DNA of 64,000 bases, from positions 288,001 to 352,000 of the forward strand of contig JBCBUK010000001.1 of NCBI GenBank assembly GCA_039818205.1, read 5' to 3'. Below, in pieces: positions 8,170 to 17,445 of the stretch. Below the pieces are notes generated by a model that was given only the letters and a program-made list of their open reading frames with translations, was not told where the DNA came from and did not search any database. Positions within the stretch are counted from its first letter, which is position 1. Every line of letters starts with the position of its first letter. Source of the stretch: Verrucomicrobiota bacterium. Lineage in GTDB: Bacteria; Verrucomicrobiota; Verrucomicrobiia; Opitutales; Cerasicoccaceae. Position numbers and translations under genes: made by a program.

Positions 8170-10484
8170 AGGGCGTCGGGCATCTCACCGAAGACCAGAC
8201 GAAAAAAGTGGTCGTTTCCGACCATCGGTAAACCAACGGTGACCGTTCCGTCACCATTGTCCTCGACCACGAAAGGTGCGGGCCAGGATCCATCGGGATT
8301 TGGCTCGTATTTTGTCGGCCAGCCGCCGTCATTTTTTAGCGTGGGAGATCCTTCGATCCAAACGGCTATATCTTCCGGCAGCTCAGTCGGTAACTGAAAC
8401 GAAATCGAGCGGTCGTGAACGGTCAACAGATGCTTACGCATGCCTTCGCCACCGACAATCGGGTTCGATCCGTAGGCATATAGAAAACCGTTTGGAAGAT
8501 CACCGGGATTCCGAATGGCGTCGAAGCCAGCGAGTTCATTCGCTTCGCCACCCGGTAAGTCGGCAAAATAGAGACTCGCCCAGGCCGCATAATGGTCAAT
8601 CGGTTCACGGTAGGTAACGGCCAAAGACGGCGCTGAATTTCCCTCGGCTGAAGCGAACCAAACATCGTTTCCACCGTTGTCCATTTGAGCGATCAACGAA
8701 AACGTTCCAGTGCCACGCTCACTAAGAAAATCCGTCAGATCCGCGGTGTAGACATTTCCCAAGCCAAAGGTGCCCGAGATGACCGCTACCTCGTCTCCCG
8801 CAAGCGGTTTGTTGCTGTTGGTCAGGGAATCCTCCGTCCAGTTGTCGTGAGAGCCCACAAAGAATCGAATCGTGCCATTGCCTTGGTCACCATCTACTCG
8901 CATCGATAAGCTGGCGTCAACGATCTGCCCTGAAATGCCGCCGACATTAAATTTCAGATAGCTGACTCGGTGCCCATCTTCGATTTTCAACAGCGAGTTG
9001 TTGTATGGGCTGTTGCCCTCCAGGTAAGCATCGTCAGTTGGGCTCACTGTGGCAGTTCCTTGTGGAAGCTGGGGCAAGGTATGAAGCAGGTAACGCTGCT
9101 CATCCTGATCTCCGTTCACATCGGTTACTCGAAGCGTGAATTCCGACGAGCCAATCGTCGAGGGTTGCCCAGAAAGCAGGCCACTGCTGAGGTTGACTCC
9201 GCTCGGCATCGAGCCAGCCACCAAAGACCATGTGATGGGCGGATCGCCAGATTCGACAGCAATGGTTTCGCGGTAGTCGGAACCGGCTTCGGCTAGCGGC
9301 AATTTGAAAGTCGTGATGACCGGGATCTGATTTTCTTTTACAACCACGCTAACCCGATCAGCATAACTGCGGCTGTTTTCGTCGGTGACTTGAAGTTCAA
9401 ACGTATAGGTTCCCACCACTAAATCTTCAGCAATTAGTTGGGCGGTTTCGTTGCCACTCAAGGTGGCATCGCCAGGCCCAGATATCTGAACCCACTGAAT
9501 GTCAGAAACGACACTCAGGTCGGAAATCTCCGCCTCAAGTGTCACCATATCATTCGGCAAAATAACCGATTGATCCTCACCGGCACTCACCGCAATTCCA
9601 TCAACGAGCTGCCAGGTTCGCACCCATTCATACTGCGTCGTCCGCTGCTCCCAAGTCCCACTGGCAACCAAGCCACCATCGACCGGGACTGGATTCCAGT
9701 CGTAGGTCTCAATTGCCATTTGTATGAAAGCGGGCACATCCCACTCGACACTTGGGTAGATTGTATAGACATGAACCCCATCGAGGAAAAACATCACCTC
9801 CCCCGTCGATTTCCACCAAGCGCCGTAGACGTAAAACCGCTCGTGATTTTTCGTCGGAGTTTTCATCGACCCCTGGCGCTGAACTGGCTCCGGGTTGCAA
9901 CTGGTGCTGCGGTGGATCATGTTGGAGTGGTAAATTTCATCCCAGGTTTTCGCCCAGCTGAAGGTCAAATCTGACGTACGGCCAACGCACTCCTGAATGT
10001 CTAACTCGAGCTTCTTCTCGCAGTTATATTTTGTCATGAGCCAGAACGTTGAGGACATCGCCGTAGCATTTGCCTTCATTTTACACTCAAAATACATCCC
10101 CACGTTCCCAGGATTGTGCGATCGAACGATCGCTCCCTGGTAGGTGAAAAAGTTGCCATTGATCCATCGCGGATTGTCTAACTCGCTGACCGTTACCCGC
10201 AGGCGCCCATCGGCCTCCGTCACGTTCTCCGGGAGGAATAATCCGGGTGGACGCCCGATCCAGTTCCACCCGTTGCCAACGGGTTCGAGTTGCCATTTCG
10301 CGGTATCGATTGAGCCGTCGTCAAAGTCGTCCGACAAATTGTCGACCGGAGTCCAAAACTGTTCGCTGGGTCGCGGATCCTCACCATCGACGAAGTAAGG
10401 TTGCGCCTGAGCAAATGCTATAGCGAGATGTATGCAAACAGAGCTGATGAACAGCCGTTGAAGGGAACGAATGGAAATTGTCAT
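8166..10484 (-). CDS. Modular GH16 glycoside hydrolase (beta-porphyranase/agarase-like) with PKD, Ig-like and DNRLRE/CBM96-like modules and a C-terminal tail domain
   Basis: Catalytic ELDIQE (ExDxxE), LSDDFD, MSSTFWL, FYVYGAWW, ETYDWNP, WVRTW; then PKD (AGEDQSVILP...WVQISGP), Ig (WSLVAGSMPSG), PTDDAYL...SYLKFNV; signal peptide from ATG 10484. Confidence 0.85.
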   Translation of the reverse strand: MTISIRSLQRLFISSVCIHLAIAFAQAQPYFVDGEDPRPSEQFWTPVDNLSDDFDDGSIDTAKWQLEPVGNGWNWIGRPPGLFLPENVTEADGRLRVTVSELDNPRWINGNFFTYQGAIVRSHNPGNVGMYFECKMKANATAMSSTFWLMTKYNCEKKLELDIQECVGRTSDLTFSWAKTWDEIYHSNMIHRSTSCNPEPVQRQGSMKTPTKNHERFYVYGAWWKSTGEVMFFLDGVHVYTIYPSVEWDVPAFIQMAIETYDWNPVPVDGGLVASGTWEQRTTQYEWVRTWQLVDGIAVSAGEDQSVILPNDMVTLEAEISDLSVVSDIQWVQISGPGDATLSGNETAQLIAEDLVVGTYTFELQVTDENSRSYADRVSVVVKENQIPVITTFKLPLAEAGSDYRETIAVESGDPPITWSLVAGSMPSGVNLSSGLLSGQPSTIGSSEFTLRVTDVNGDQDEQRYLLHTLPQLPQGTATVSPTDDAYLEGNSPYNNSLLKIEDGHRVSYLKFNVGGISGQIVDASLSMRVDGDQGNGTIRFFVGSHDNWTEDSLTNSNKPLAGDEVAVISGTFGLGNVYTADLTDFLSERGTGTFSLIAQMDNGGNDVWFASAEGNSAPSLAVTYREPIDHYAAWASLYFADLPGGEANELAGFDAIRNPGDLPNGFLYAYGSNPIVGGEGMRKHLLTVHDRSISFQLPTELPEDIAVWIEGSPTLKNDGGWPTKYEPNPDGSWPAPFVVEDNGDGTVTVGLPMVGNDHFFRLVFGEMPDAL

Positions 10485-10789
10485 TTTGAGGGGAAACTCG
10501 AGCGGACATTCGAATGCATCGAACGAGAAATACTTAATCGTATTATAACTATATCCCCGACCAAACCGCACATTAGGCGCGAAGAAATGATTCGGAATTC
10601 CGGCCCCCAGCACCAAAAGCCAGCATACATCTAGCAATCAATCACTTAAGAAATCAATACCTGGGAAAACTATATCAATTCCCACTAAATACCCAACTCA
10701 GAAATGGAGGTCAATTACCCAAAACGACAATGGCTCGACCGATACATTTCAAAGGTCCCTCAGCAAGTCTTGGCGCGACCGAAGTATTC

Positions 10790-12175
10790 TTACGGCAGTA
10801 AAATATCATTAACCTGCAGGTCTTGGCTAACGCGCGAGAGCAAGGCGGTTTTGTCCCGATCAGTCACAAAGCTGGAGCTCATGAGAGCTTGCTGTGCCGA
10901 CGGATAATCCCAGCTACTCCAATCCTGCATAACCCGCTCTATCATCCTCACCCGCAGATCAAGATTTTGAATCGACTCAGAAAGCTCAAATGCCTGTTTA
11001 GCGTCCCGGCCGATATAGTTCGGAAGGGAATATTGAATCGCGACATCGCGCATTTCTCCCGCCGACAGCGTCGACATCCAGACATCAAGTTTTCCAGGAT
11101 CGGTCACTCCGATGACAACCGCCAGTTTCTCCGTTGCCAGCAGTTGCTCGTTATAAGAAAGATCGTTTACTTGGCCCATCAGCAGATCTGGGTGGTTGTT
11201 CGCAAGGCTGGTAAACACTGCGCTAGCCGTATCGCGGCCAACTCGGTCTGACTCCTCTCGGGTCGCCAGGAAATCGAGCGTCCGCTGTGGAGAGCTGCCA
11301 TCCGACCAGGCGACCAAAATACTCGCTAAAGCGCCCTGCCCGGCTTCGTGATCGAGCGAAGATGCCCATTCCAATGCTTTGTCGGGCGAGGTATTGGCCA
11401 GTGCCCGCGCAGCAAGCGATGCGAATTCAGTTTTCATCGGGCACGCAGTCATATCGGCAATCAGGTCCGACGCCAACTGCGGCGTCTCCTGAATGTAGCG
11501 ATTCATCGCGCCACGGTAAAATTCCTGCAACCCAGAACCAAGATCTGCGCTTTCTAGCCAGTCGAAAACCTGAGCAACATCCTGCTTAGCCCATTCATCA
11601 ATGACGACATGCATTACACTGTCCCGATCAATTCCCGGCGGTAAGGTTTCAGCAAGCTCCATTGCCGCGATTGGACTAGACTGGGCCATTCCTTGGTAAA
11701 CCGACATGATCAGGTATCCCTTGAGCGAAGGGTCCACGATATTGTTTTCCAGCCAGTCAAAGGCCTCTGAGCTCCGCTCAGCTCCCATCTCTTTCAAGGC
11801 AACCTGCATTAGATCATTGCGTCCCAGTCCCATAGAAAACTGTAGTGCCGCCAGTGGATCGGTCTTACTCCACTCACTAATGAGCACCCGCAGCAAGGCC
11901 TCACTCTCCAGGGCATTTGAAGACTGACTCGCTTCGCGCGCCAAGGCCGCCAGATCATTTGACCCAAGATCCTCGAAGAGCCGATCGATATCTGTCGTTC
12001 CAGAAACTAAGGTTTCGGTATTGCTGGAAATCGGCGCCTGAGCGGACTGTTCCGGTGAAACAATCGGGGCCGACGGTTCAACGTTTTCAGTAGACGGGGT
12101 GGGTTTGGCAATCCACCCAAGGAGGACACCAAAAGCCAATGCAACGACGAGTGAGAGTAAGGGCGCTTTTTTCAT
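10790..12175 (-). CDS. Hypothetical membrane-anchored alpha-helical repeat protein
   Basis: N-terminal TM/signal MKKAPLLSLVVALAFGVLLGW, then repeated W-x-x-x-D-P-x-x-A-x-x-W-like helical units. Confidence 0.7.
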   Translation of the reverse strand: MKKAPLLSLVVALAFGVLLGWIAKPTPSTENVEPSAPIVSPEQSAQAPISSNTETLVSGTTDIDRLFEDLGSNDLAALAREASQSSNALESEALLRVLISEWSKTDPLAALQFSMGLGRNDLMQVALKEMGAERSSEAFDWLENNIVDPSLKGYLIMSVYQGMAQSSPIAAMELAETLPPGIDRDSVMHVVIDEWAKQDVAQVFDWLESADLGSGLQEFYRGAMNRYIQETPQLASDLIADMTACPMKTEFASLAARALANTSPDKALEWASSLDHEAGQGALASILVAWSDGSSPQRTLDFLATREESDRVGRDTASAVFTSLANNHPDLLMGQVNDLSYNEQLLATEKLAVVIGVTDPGKLDVWMSTLSAGEMRDVAIQYSLPNYIGRDAKQAFELSESIQNLDLRVRMIERVMQDWSSWDYPSAQQALMSSSFVTDRDKTALLSRVSQDLQVNDILLP

Positions 12176-12432
12176 CGGGGGTAGGTTACACGATCGAAAT
12201 CGAACCTCAACCAGGGAAGATACGTTCAATTATCCTAGCTACAAATAGCGATCGGGATTGCGATTGGGGGCGTTGTTCGAGCTAACGAGAGCGCCTATCA
12301 AACACATAAATTCGCGAGAAACGCAAGCGTCGGATCTCTACTCGCTGAGCCGACAAGGCATAGATTTTAAGAGGTCTGAGCCCGGTGCGCGAAGACAGAG
12401 CAAACAAACCATAGATTTTTCCAACGAATATA

Positions 12433-12438
12433 TTGACA
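12433..12438 (+). promoter_or_regulatory. Candidate -35 element for tRNA-His
   Basis: Perfect TTGACA about 40 bp upstream of the tRNA; no clean -10 seen. Confidence 0.4.
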
Positions 12439-12478
12439 CCCACTTGGAAAAAGCTTTGTTTTTCCGCTTCCCTTTAAT

Positions 12479-12556
12479 GGTGGCTATAGCTCAGTTGGTT
12501 AGAGCATCGGTTTGTGGTATCGAGGGTCGCCGGTTCGAGTCCGGTTAGCCACCCCA
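12479..12556 (+). tRNA. tRNA-His(GUG)
   Basis: G-1, acceptor stem GTGGCTA/TAGCCAC, D arm GCTC-AGTTGGTTA-GAGC, anticodon stem TCGGT/ATCGA around TT-GTG-GT, T arm GGTTCGAGTCC, discriminator C and encoded CCA. Confidence 0.97.
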
Positions 12557-12601
12557 TTTAGGATTCATCACGGAACTGCGTCCATTTAACGCAACAGTCC
12601 G

Positions 12602-12630
12602 ACCCGAGATTTGATCGTCTCGGGTTTTTT
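12602..12630 (+). terminator. Rho-independent terminator after tRNA-His
   Basis: Stem ACCCGAGA/TCTCGGGT followed by a T run. Confidence 0.8.
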
Positions 12631-13061
12631 CGTAAGTCGCTGTCAGCAAAGACTTACGAAACTGCTCATTCATTGTGAACATGCGCGACCAACCAATAGC
12701 AAGCGTGCCAACTTGCTTGAGAAATAAAAATAAAGCGCGATAAGGAGCTTTTCGGTTATGAATCCCATTTCTTTGATGAATGCTGTTCTGGACTTCGGAA
12801 CTCGTGAGCAGGAACCTTTGGTTCCAACGGCATCACGCCTTCCATCTGAAACCACTGCCAGCATTGATGTTCATGGGCAAGTTCACCTACATCCGACAAA
12901 ACACCCCAGTGACTATCCCTCCACGTGCCACGTTTTCGGTTAACCATAAATTCGGTAGAGATGCGACTCCACATGCTATGTTCCTGATGACAATGAAGCA
13001 GGGAAGTAGCTGAGCAACTGTTCTTTTATCTGATTATCTGTTCTTTAAAAATTCTGAGAAA

Positions 13062-14954
13062 TTATTCCGGAGACTGTCTTGATTGGGAAGGGGTTGCTAA
13101 TACGACCTGAAGGCGGACAAAGCGTCTATCTGTGTCGATGCCCAATAAGGGTATTCCGTAGGTTACGGTTTCCCAGCCAGCATCAATTGGAGTCACGCTT
13201 GGTGCTGAGGTGAAATCAGTCCAGCCGTCTATGGCCAAAGTTGTGCTATATTGTGGAGTGTAAGCTACTAATCCATCTCGTCGCCGGAGAAAAGAATAGC
13301 GGATAGTGGGAATATCTGCAACTAGGATTACTTCGGTGGTGGCAAGATCATCGGGGGAGCTAGAGGCCAATGGATTTAAGTTAGAACTGAACTTCAATAA
13401 ATTGTCGATACCGTCGAAAGCTGGATTCCCGTCGACAGTTGCGTCTTCACCGGTCAGGCCAAAAGAGTCAACCCAAGCTTGGAAGGCCACCTCCGCCGGG
13501 GTCGGCGGAGGAACGATCGTGATCGTGATAGTTGCGTCTGTGTTATTGATCGGTTCTTGTGAGATGCGACGTAAGCCGAAGGTAAAGGAGTCACTGCCGA
13601 CGAAGTCGGGATCGGTTGGCGTATAGCGGAATGCCATGGATTCCGTATCGGAATTGGGATCAATTGGGATGGGAATAGTTGCTCCCGGCGCTTGGTATGA
13701 TCCAGTAAAGCAGGTGCCCGAAAACCACGCTATGCAATGTTCGAGCAAGCCTTCGGAGGTCGAATCTCCGAAGTCCATTAATCCCGTGATCGGCGGCATT
13801 CCAGTGACGACGAATTCGTAGGCAGGGGTCGCCGATGTAGTGTCTTGCACGAAAGTGAAATTGAGTTCGACTCCATCGGTTGACACCGATTCAAACGTAG
13901 GTTCTACTGAAACCAAGATCTTGGCGATATTGGATTCTGCGCCAGCGCTATCTGAGACGATGTATTCAACTTCGAACCGGGAGAGGTTCTGACCATCGCC
14001 GTAGTCGAGATCTGGGCCCACATAGGTGAAATGCAGCGAGAGTCCGCTGAAGGTTTCGCCTTCGGCAACCAAATCTCCCGGCGTGTCAAAGGGGTCATCG
14101 ATCTCGCGGACCTCAAGTTCAGCAGGTATGGAAACCAAACGGCCAGTGCTGATAGTTTCTCTATCAACATCTGAGACGTTTAGGGTGGAGACTCCCGGAA
14201 GTATGGCATTCGCTTCGTCGAGTGTAGCAGAAGAGGTGTTAGCGACGGGCGGATCGTTTACAGGAACTACTGGGATAATGAGGAACGCATCCACGCTCAA
14301 GTGGTCGCCAACTACGGTGGCGCCTTCCTCTGAAACGGCAGCGTAGGAAAAAATGACGTCCCCAGTGAAATTCTCGTTGATCAGGTCAATCTGAATCATG
14401 TCGTCCTCCAGGTCGAAAAAAGTGTCACGAGGCACCAGAGAACCATCGGTCTCAAGCATATTGAAATTGGTCGAAGTATAAGCCACCCGATAACCAACGA
14501 TTTCGTCATCAGGATCGGGGTCAAAGGCGGTAAACTGAATCATGTTACCGGTGCTGTCCTCAAAAATCTCCTCGGGAGTGAGGATGGCCGCCGTCACAAT
14601 TGGGCGGTCGGGCGTATTGGCCACACTGATGGTTACCGTGGCAGAGGCGGACGCGCCGTCGGGGTCCTCAATGGTGTAGTCAAAACTGTCCGAGCCGGCA
14701 AAGTTCAGGTCGGGCGTGTAGGTGACGGTGTTGTCAGCCTGGATCACGGTGGTTCCGGATGTTGGGTTGGTCACGCTAACGACCGTGAGCGCGCGGCCCG
14801 AGGATTCGCTGTCAGCGCCACCACCATTGTCCTCAAGGACGGCAATGTTAATCGGCGCATCTTCGGTCGCGTTGATGGAATCATTAACTGGAGTAGGCGT
14901 TGCCTGAAGGTTACACAATGTGATTGCTGTAGGTATAAATGCCCATTTTCTCAT
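13062..14954 (-). CDS. Secreted tandem Ig/cadherin-like (Big_9-type) surface protein with C-terminal tail domain
   Basis: Signal peptide; PVNDSINATED...YTPDLNFAGSDSFDYTIED, VPVNDPPVA and YTPTDPDFVGSDSFTF repeats; tail AFQAW...DGIDNLL...RRFVRLQV. Confidence 0.8.
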   Translation of the reverse strand: MRKWAFIPTAITLCNLQATPTPVNDSINATEDAPINIAVLEDNGGGADSESSGRALTVVSVTNPTSGTTVIQADNTVTYTPDLNFAGSDSFDYTIEDPDGASASATVTISVANTPDRPIVTAAILTPEEIFEDSTGNMIQFTAFDPDPDDEIVGYRVAYTSTNFNMLETDGSLVPRDTFFDLEDDMIQIDLINENFTGDVIFSYAAVSEEGATVVGDHLSVDAFLIIPVVPVNDPPVANTSSATLDEANAILPGVSTLNVSDVDRETISTGRLVSIPAELEVREIDDPFDTPGDLVAEGETFSGLSLHFTYVGPDLDYGDGQNLSRFEVEYIVSDSAGAESNIAKILVSVEPTFESVSTDGVELNFTFVQDTTSATPAYEFVVTGMPPITGLMDFGDSTSEGLLEHCIAWFSGTCFTGSYQAPGATIPIPIDPNSDTESMAFRYTPTDPDFVGSDSFTFGLRRISQEPINNTDATITITIVPPPTPAEVAFQAWVDSFGLTGEDATVDGNPAFDGIDNLLKFSSNLNPLASSSPDDLATTEVILVADIPTIRYSFLRRRDGLVAYTPQYSTTLAIDGWTDFTSAPSVTPIDAGWETVTYGIPLLGIDTDRRFVRLQVVLATPSQSRQSPE

Positions 14955-15194
14955 GGCTAGGAATGATTTGATATGTGTTCGCAGGTGAGAAGATGTTGTT
15001 TAGACGAATAACTTCCAGATTTATTCACGGCGGAATTAATTTTTTAAGATTGGGCAGTCAATATCGCATCAGCACACAAGCTTCTCGAGAATTGATCGAG
15101 CCCACTGACATACTAAACCAAAGAGCCAACCATAAGCACTCCCTTTAAGTCAGTGTGGAGGATCGTGGTTATTAGAAGTTACCGTCTTCTTGTT

Positions 15195-16046
15195 TCACTC
15201 AATTTGGCTTATCGCTCTGGGGGTTTTTCCGAAGCGACGTGAGAATGCACGGATAAAACTCGAGACATCTTGATAGCCGCAGGCCTCGCAGATTTCTTGA
15301 GTCATCAAGTCGCCCCTCTTCGCTAAACCATAGGCGTGGTCTAATCGCTTACGATGAAGCCATTCCCCCGGGGACGTATTGAAGGTATCTCTGAAATAGC
15401 GTTTGTATGACGCCAAGCTCATTCCGCACAGCTGGGCAAGCTCGGAGACTCGAAGTGGGCTAAGGTAGTGCGCGTGCAAGACTGACGTAATTCGATGTTC
15501 TATCGAAACGCCCCAGTCAGCCATATCATAGTAGAACATGCTCCGAACGACAGGGTCTGCCATAGCGAGAAAAACAAATTCTCGGAGTCGGAATTCTTTC
15601 TCTGTTTCGGATTCGAACGTGTTGATTGAAGAAGGCATTCTACAAAGCTGCCGCCAATGGGCCTGACTAATATTCACCGCGACGGTCGATCTTGGCGGAT
15701 CAATACCTGCTTCTGAGGGCATCCCGATCACTTGCTTCAGAAAGTCGCGTTCAAAGCTGATGACGAAACTCCTGTAGCAGTCTTCCCCTGCACGAAACTC
15801 AGACATCATATGTGCCCCTGATCGGAAAGCGATCAGGCTTCCTGCCTTAGCCATATGCAATTGAGCTCTATCTGGCGAAGAGAACTTTTTAATCCCGGAG
15901 CATACTAAAACGATCGTAGGTCGAACCACTAGTACCCGCTGTGCAGCTAAGTCCTCATGGCTCTCGTAAGCGACAATAGTTCCTTGTGGCAGCACCACAC
16001 TCGTGTGCGGAAAGTGTGCAACTAAGTCATCGGGGACAGTAAGCAT
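15195..16046 (-). CDS. AraC family transcriptional regulator
   Basis: Double HTH LAQLCGMSLASYKRYF...CGYQDVSSFIRAFSRRFGKTP. Confidence 0.92.
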   Translation of the reverse strand: MLTVPDDLVAHFPHTSVVLPQGTIVAYESHEDLAAQRVLVVRPTIVLVCSGIKKFSSPDRAQLHMAKAGSLIAFRSGAHMMSEFRAGEDCYRSFVISFERDFLKQVIGMPSEAGIDPPRSTVAVNISQAHWRQLCRMPSSINTFESETEKEFRLREFVFLAMADPVVRSMFYYDMADWGVSIEHRITSVLHAHYLSPLRVSELAQLCGMSLASYKRYFRDTFNTSPGEWLHRKRLDHAYGLAKRGDLMTQEICEACGYQDVSSFIRAFSRRFGKTPRAISQIE

Positions 16047-16056
16047 CCTGAAGTAG

Positions 16057-16689
16057 TCACTCGATAACAGGCACGTCCGGATTCATCGAGTATCTTCCAG
16101 AGTAAGACGCGGCGTCCAATACATGACCTTCCATCGCGGCAAGCGCTTCCGCGCCCGTGAACGACTCGGACAACTCAAGTGTTTGGACATCGAGCGCGTA
16201 GAGAGTAAAGATATAATTATGTATAATGCTATCATTCCAAGGTGGGCACGGGCCGTCGTATCCGCCATAAACGCCACCCATTTCTGGATCTCCCGCGAAC
16301 CAACCAGTATAGTCATTTCGTCCAGTTACACCAAATTTTGTCGGCCCAACTGGCTTTCCGCGAGCAACTAGACTCTCTGAGCCTGCTCCGTGAGGCAGCC
16401 CGTTCAACGTCGCCGGAATATCGATCAGGACCCAATGATAGAAATCACACCGAGGCAGATCCGCGGGCACCATGCGATCGCTCTTGTTGACGTCATCTGG
16501 CTTTGAGGGGACATCGGGATCATGCAGGATTAGAGCAAGTGATTGTGTGCCCTCAGGCAGCTCCGACCAACTCAGTGAGGGGCTAAGATTTTCGCTAGGC
16601 GCGAATGGAACCTCAACACCAGGTTTTCCAAAAGCAAATTGTGCGGGGATCGCCCCAGTATTTTTCCAGCCATCAACTTTTAAATTCAT
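16057..16689 (-). CDS. YbhB/YbcL family (PEBP/Raf kinase inhibitor-like) protein
   Basis: NLSPSLSW, LILHDPDVP, FYHWVL, YDGPCPP, HNYIFTLYALD. Confidence 0.93.
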   Translation of the reverse strand: MNLKVDGWKNTGAIPAQFAFGKPGVEVPFAPSENLSPSLSWSELPEGTQSLALILHDPDVPSKPDDVNKSDRMVPADLPRCDFYHWVLIDIPATLNGLPHGAGSESLVARGKPVGPTKFGVTGRNDYTGWFAGDPEMGGVYGGYDGPCPPWNDSIIHNYIFTLYALDVQTLELSESFTGAEALAAMEGHVLDAASYSGRYSMNPDVPVIE

Positions 16690-16761
16690 AATTTCTGTTC
16701 CTCAAATTCTTAGACTAAGTGAGACCGAGCTGTTGAGCCCGTGATGAAGAGTCTACGGAAA

Positions 16762-16814
16762 AGCATAGATTTTGTCTATTGCTAGACAGCTCAAAAAGTA
16801 TGCCATTTGGCTCA
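16762..16814 (-). promoter_or_regulatory. Candidate AraC-activated promoter of the ybcL-like/araC pair
   Basis: Minus-strand direct repeat TGAGC at 16814-16810 and 16793-16789 (21-bp period); the proximal copy overlaps the -35 position of a TATGCT -10 at 16767-16762. Confidence 0.45.
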
Positions 16815-17445
16815 TTATTTCAATTCAGGATCGTTTGGGATCAGATTTGGAACCTATAATTATTGGCAATTGACCAACGAAATTAGGAAACAAGCGCATT
16901 AAAGCCAGGTAGCGAATGCGCATCGTCAACGCGCGCTCAACTGGCGGCTCCGTCGCCTCGTAGCGGCAACTCGAACCTGGCATCGGCAATACCGATACCC
17001 ACGACGCAAACTCACAAAAGGTTGACGCAAGCTGGCCTTCCAACGAACCCTAAAACAATGTGCGAATCAAACTGGACACTACCTCGCTTTCCGATCAAGC
17101 CGCAGATCACAAAAGAAAATCTTTCCAAAATACGATACTAAGGAGCTAATAGAAAGAACCAAAGAATACCGCTCAATGTTGTACGGGATCAACACAACGC
17201 TGCCGTTTTTAAATATCTTCCCGTCGAGCCCGAACGCAGGAAGGCGTAAATATAGCAGGTAGAAACCAAATACTACCGGAACAAGGCTTGCGAAGTACAG
17301 TAAGAAATATCGCGGGAACCAGTAGCGAAAGGATTGCTCGAATCAGCAGAAACGTCACTGAAAACCATACCAGACACAAATTTGCCAACTGATCCTTAAA
17401 TCATTCTGCCTAACATGGGTCTTGCATACACTCGATACTGAAAAT

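Noticed and set aside
12670..13013. Several overlapping 61-77 aa ORFs after tRNA-His
   Set aside because: No recognisable motifs, no clear RBS, and mutually overlapping.
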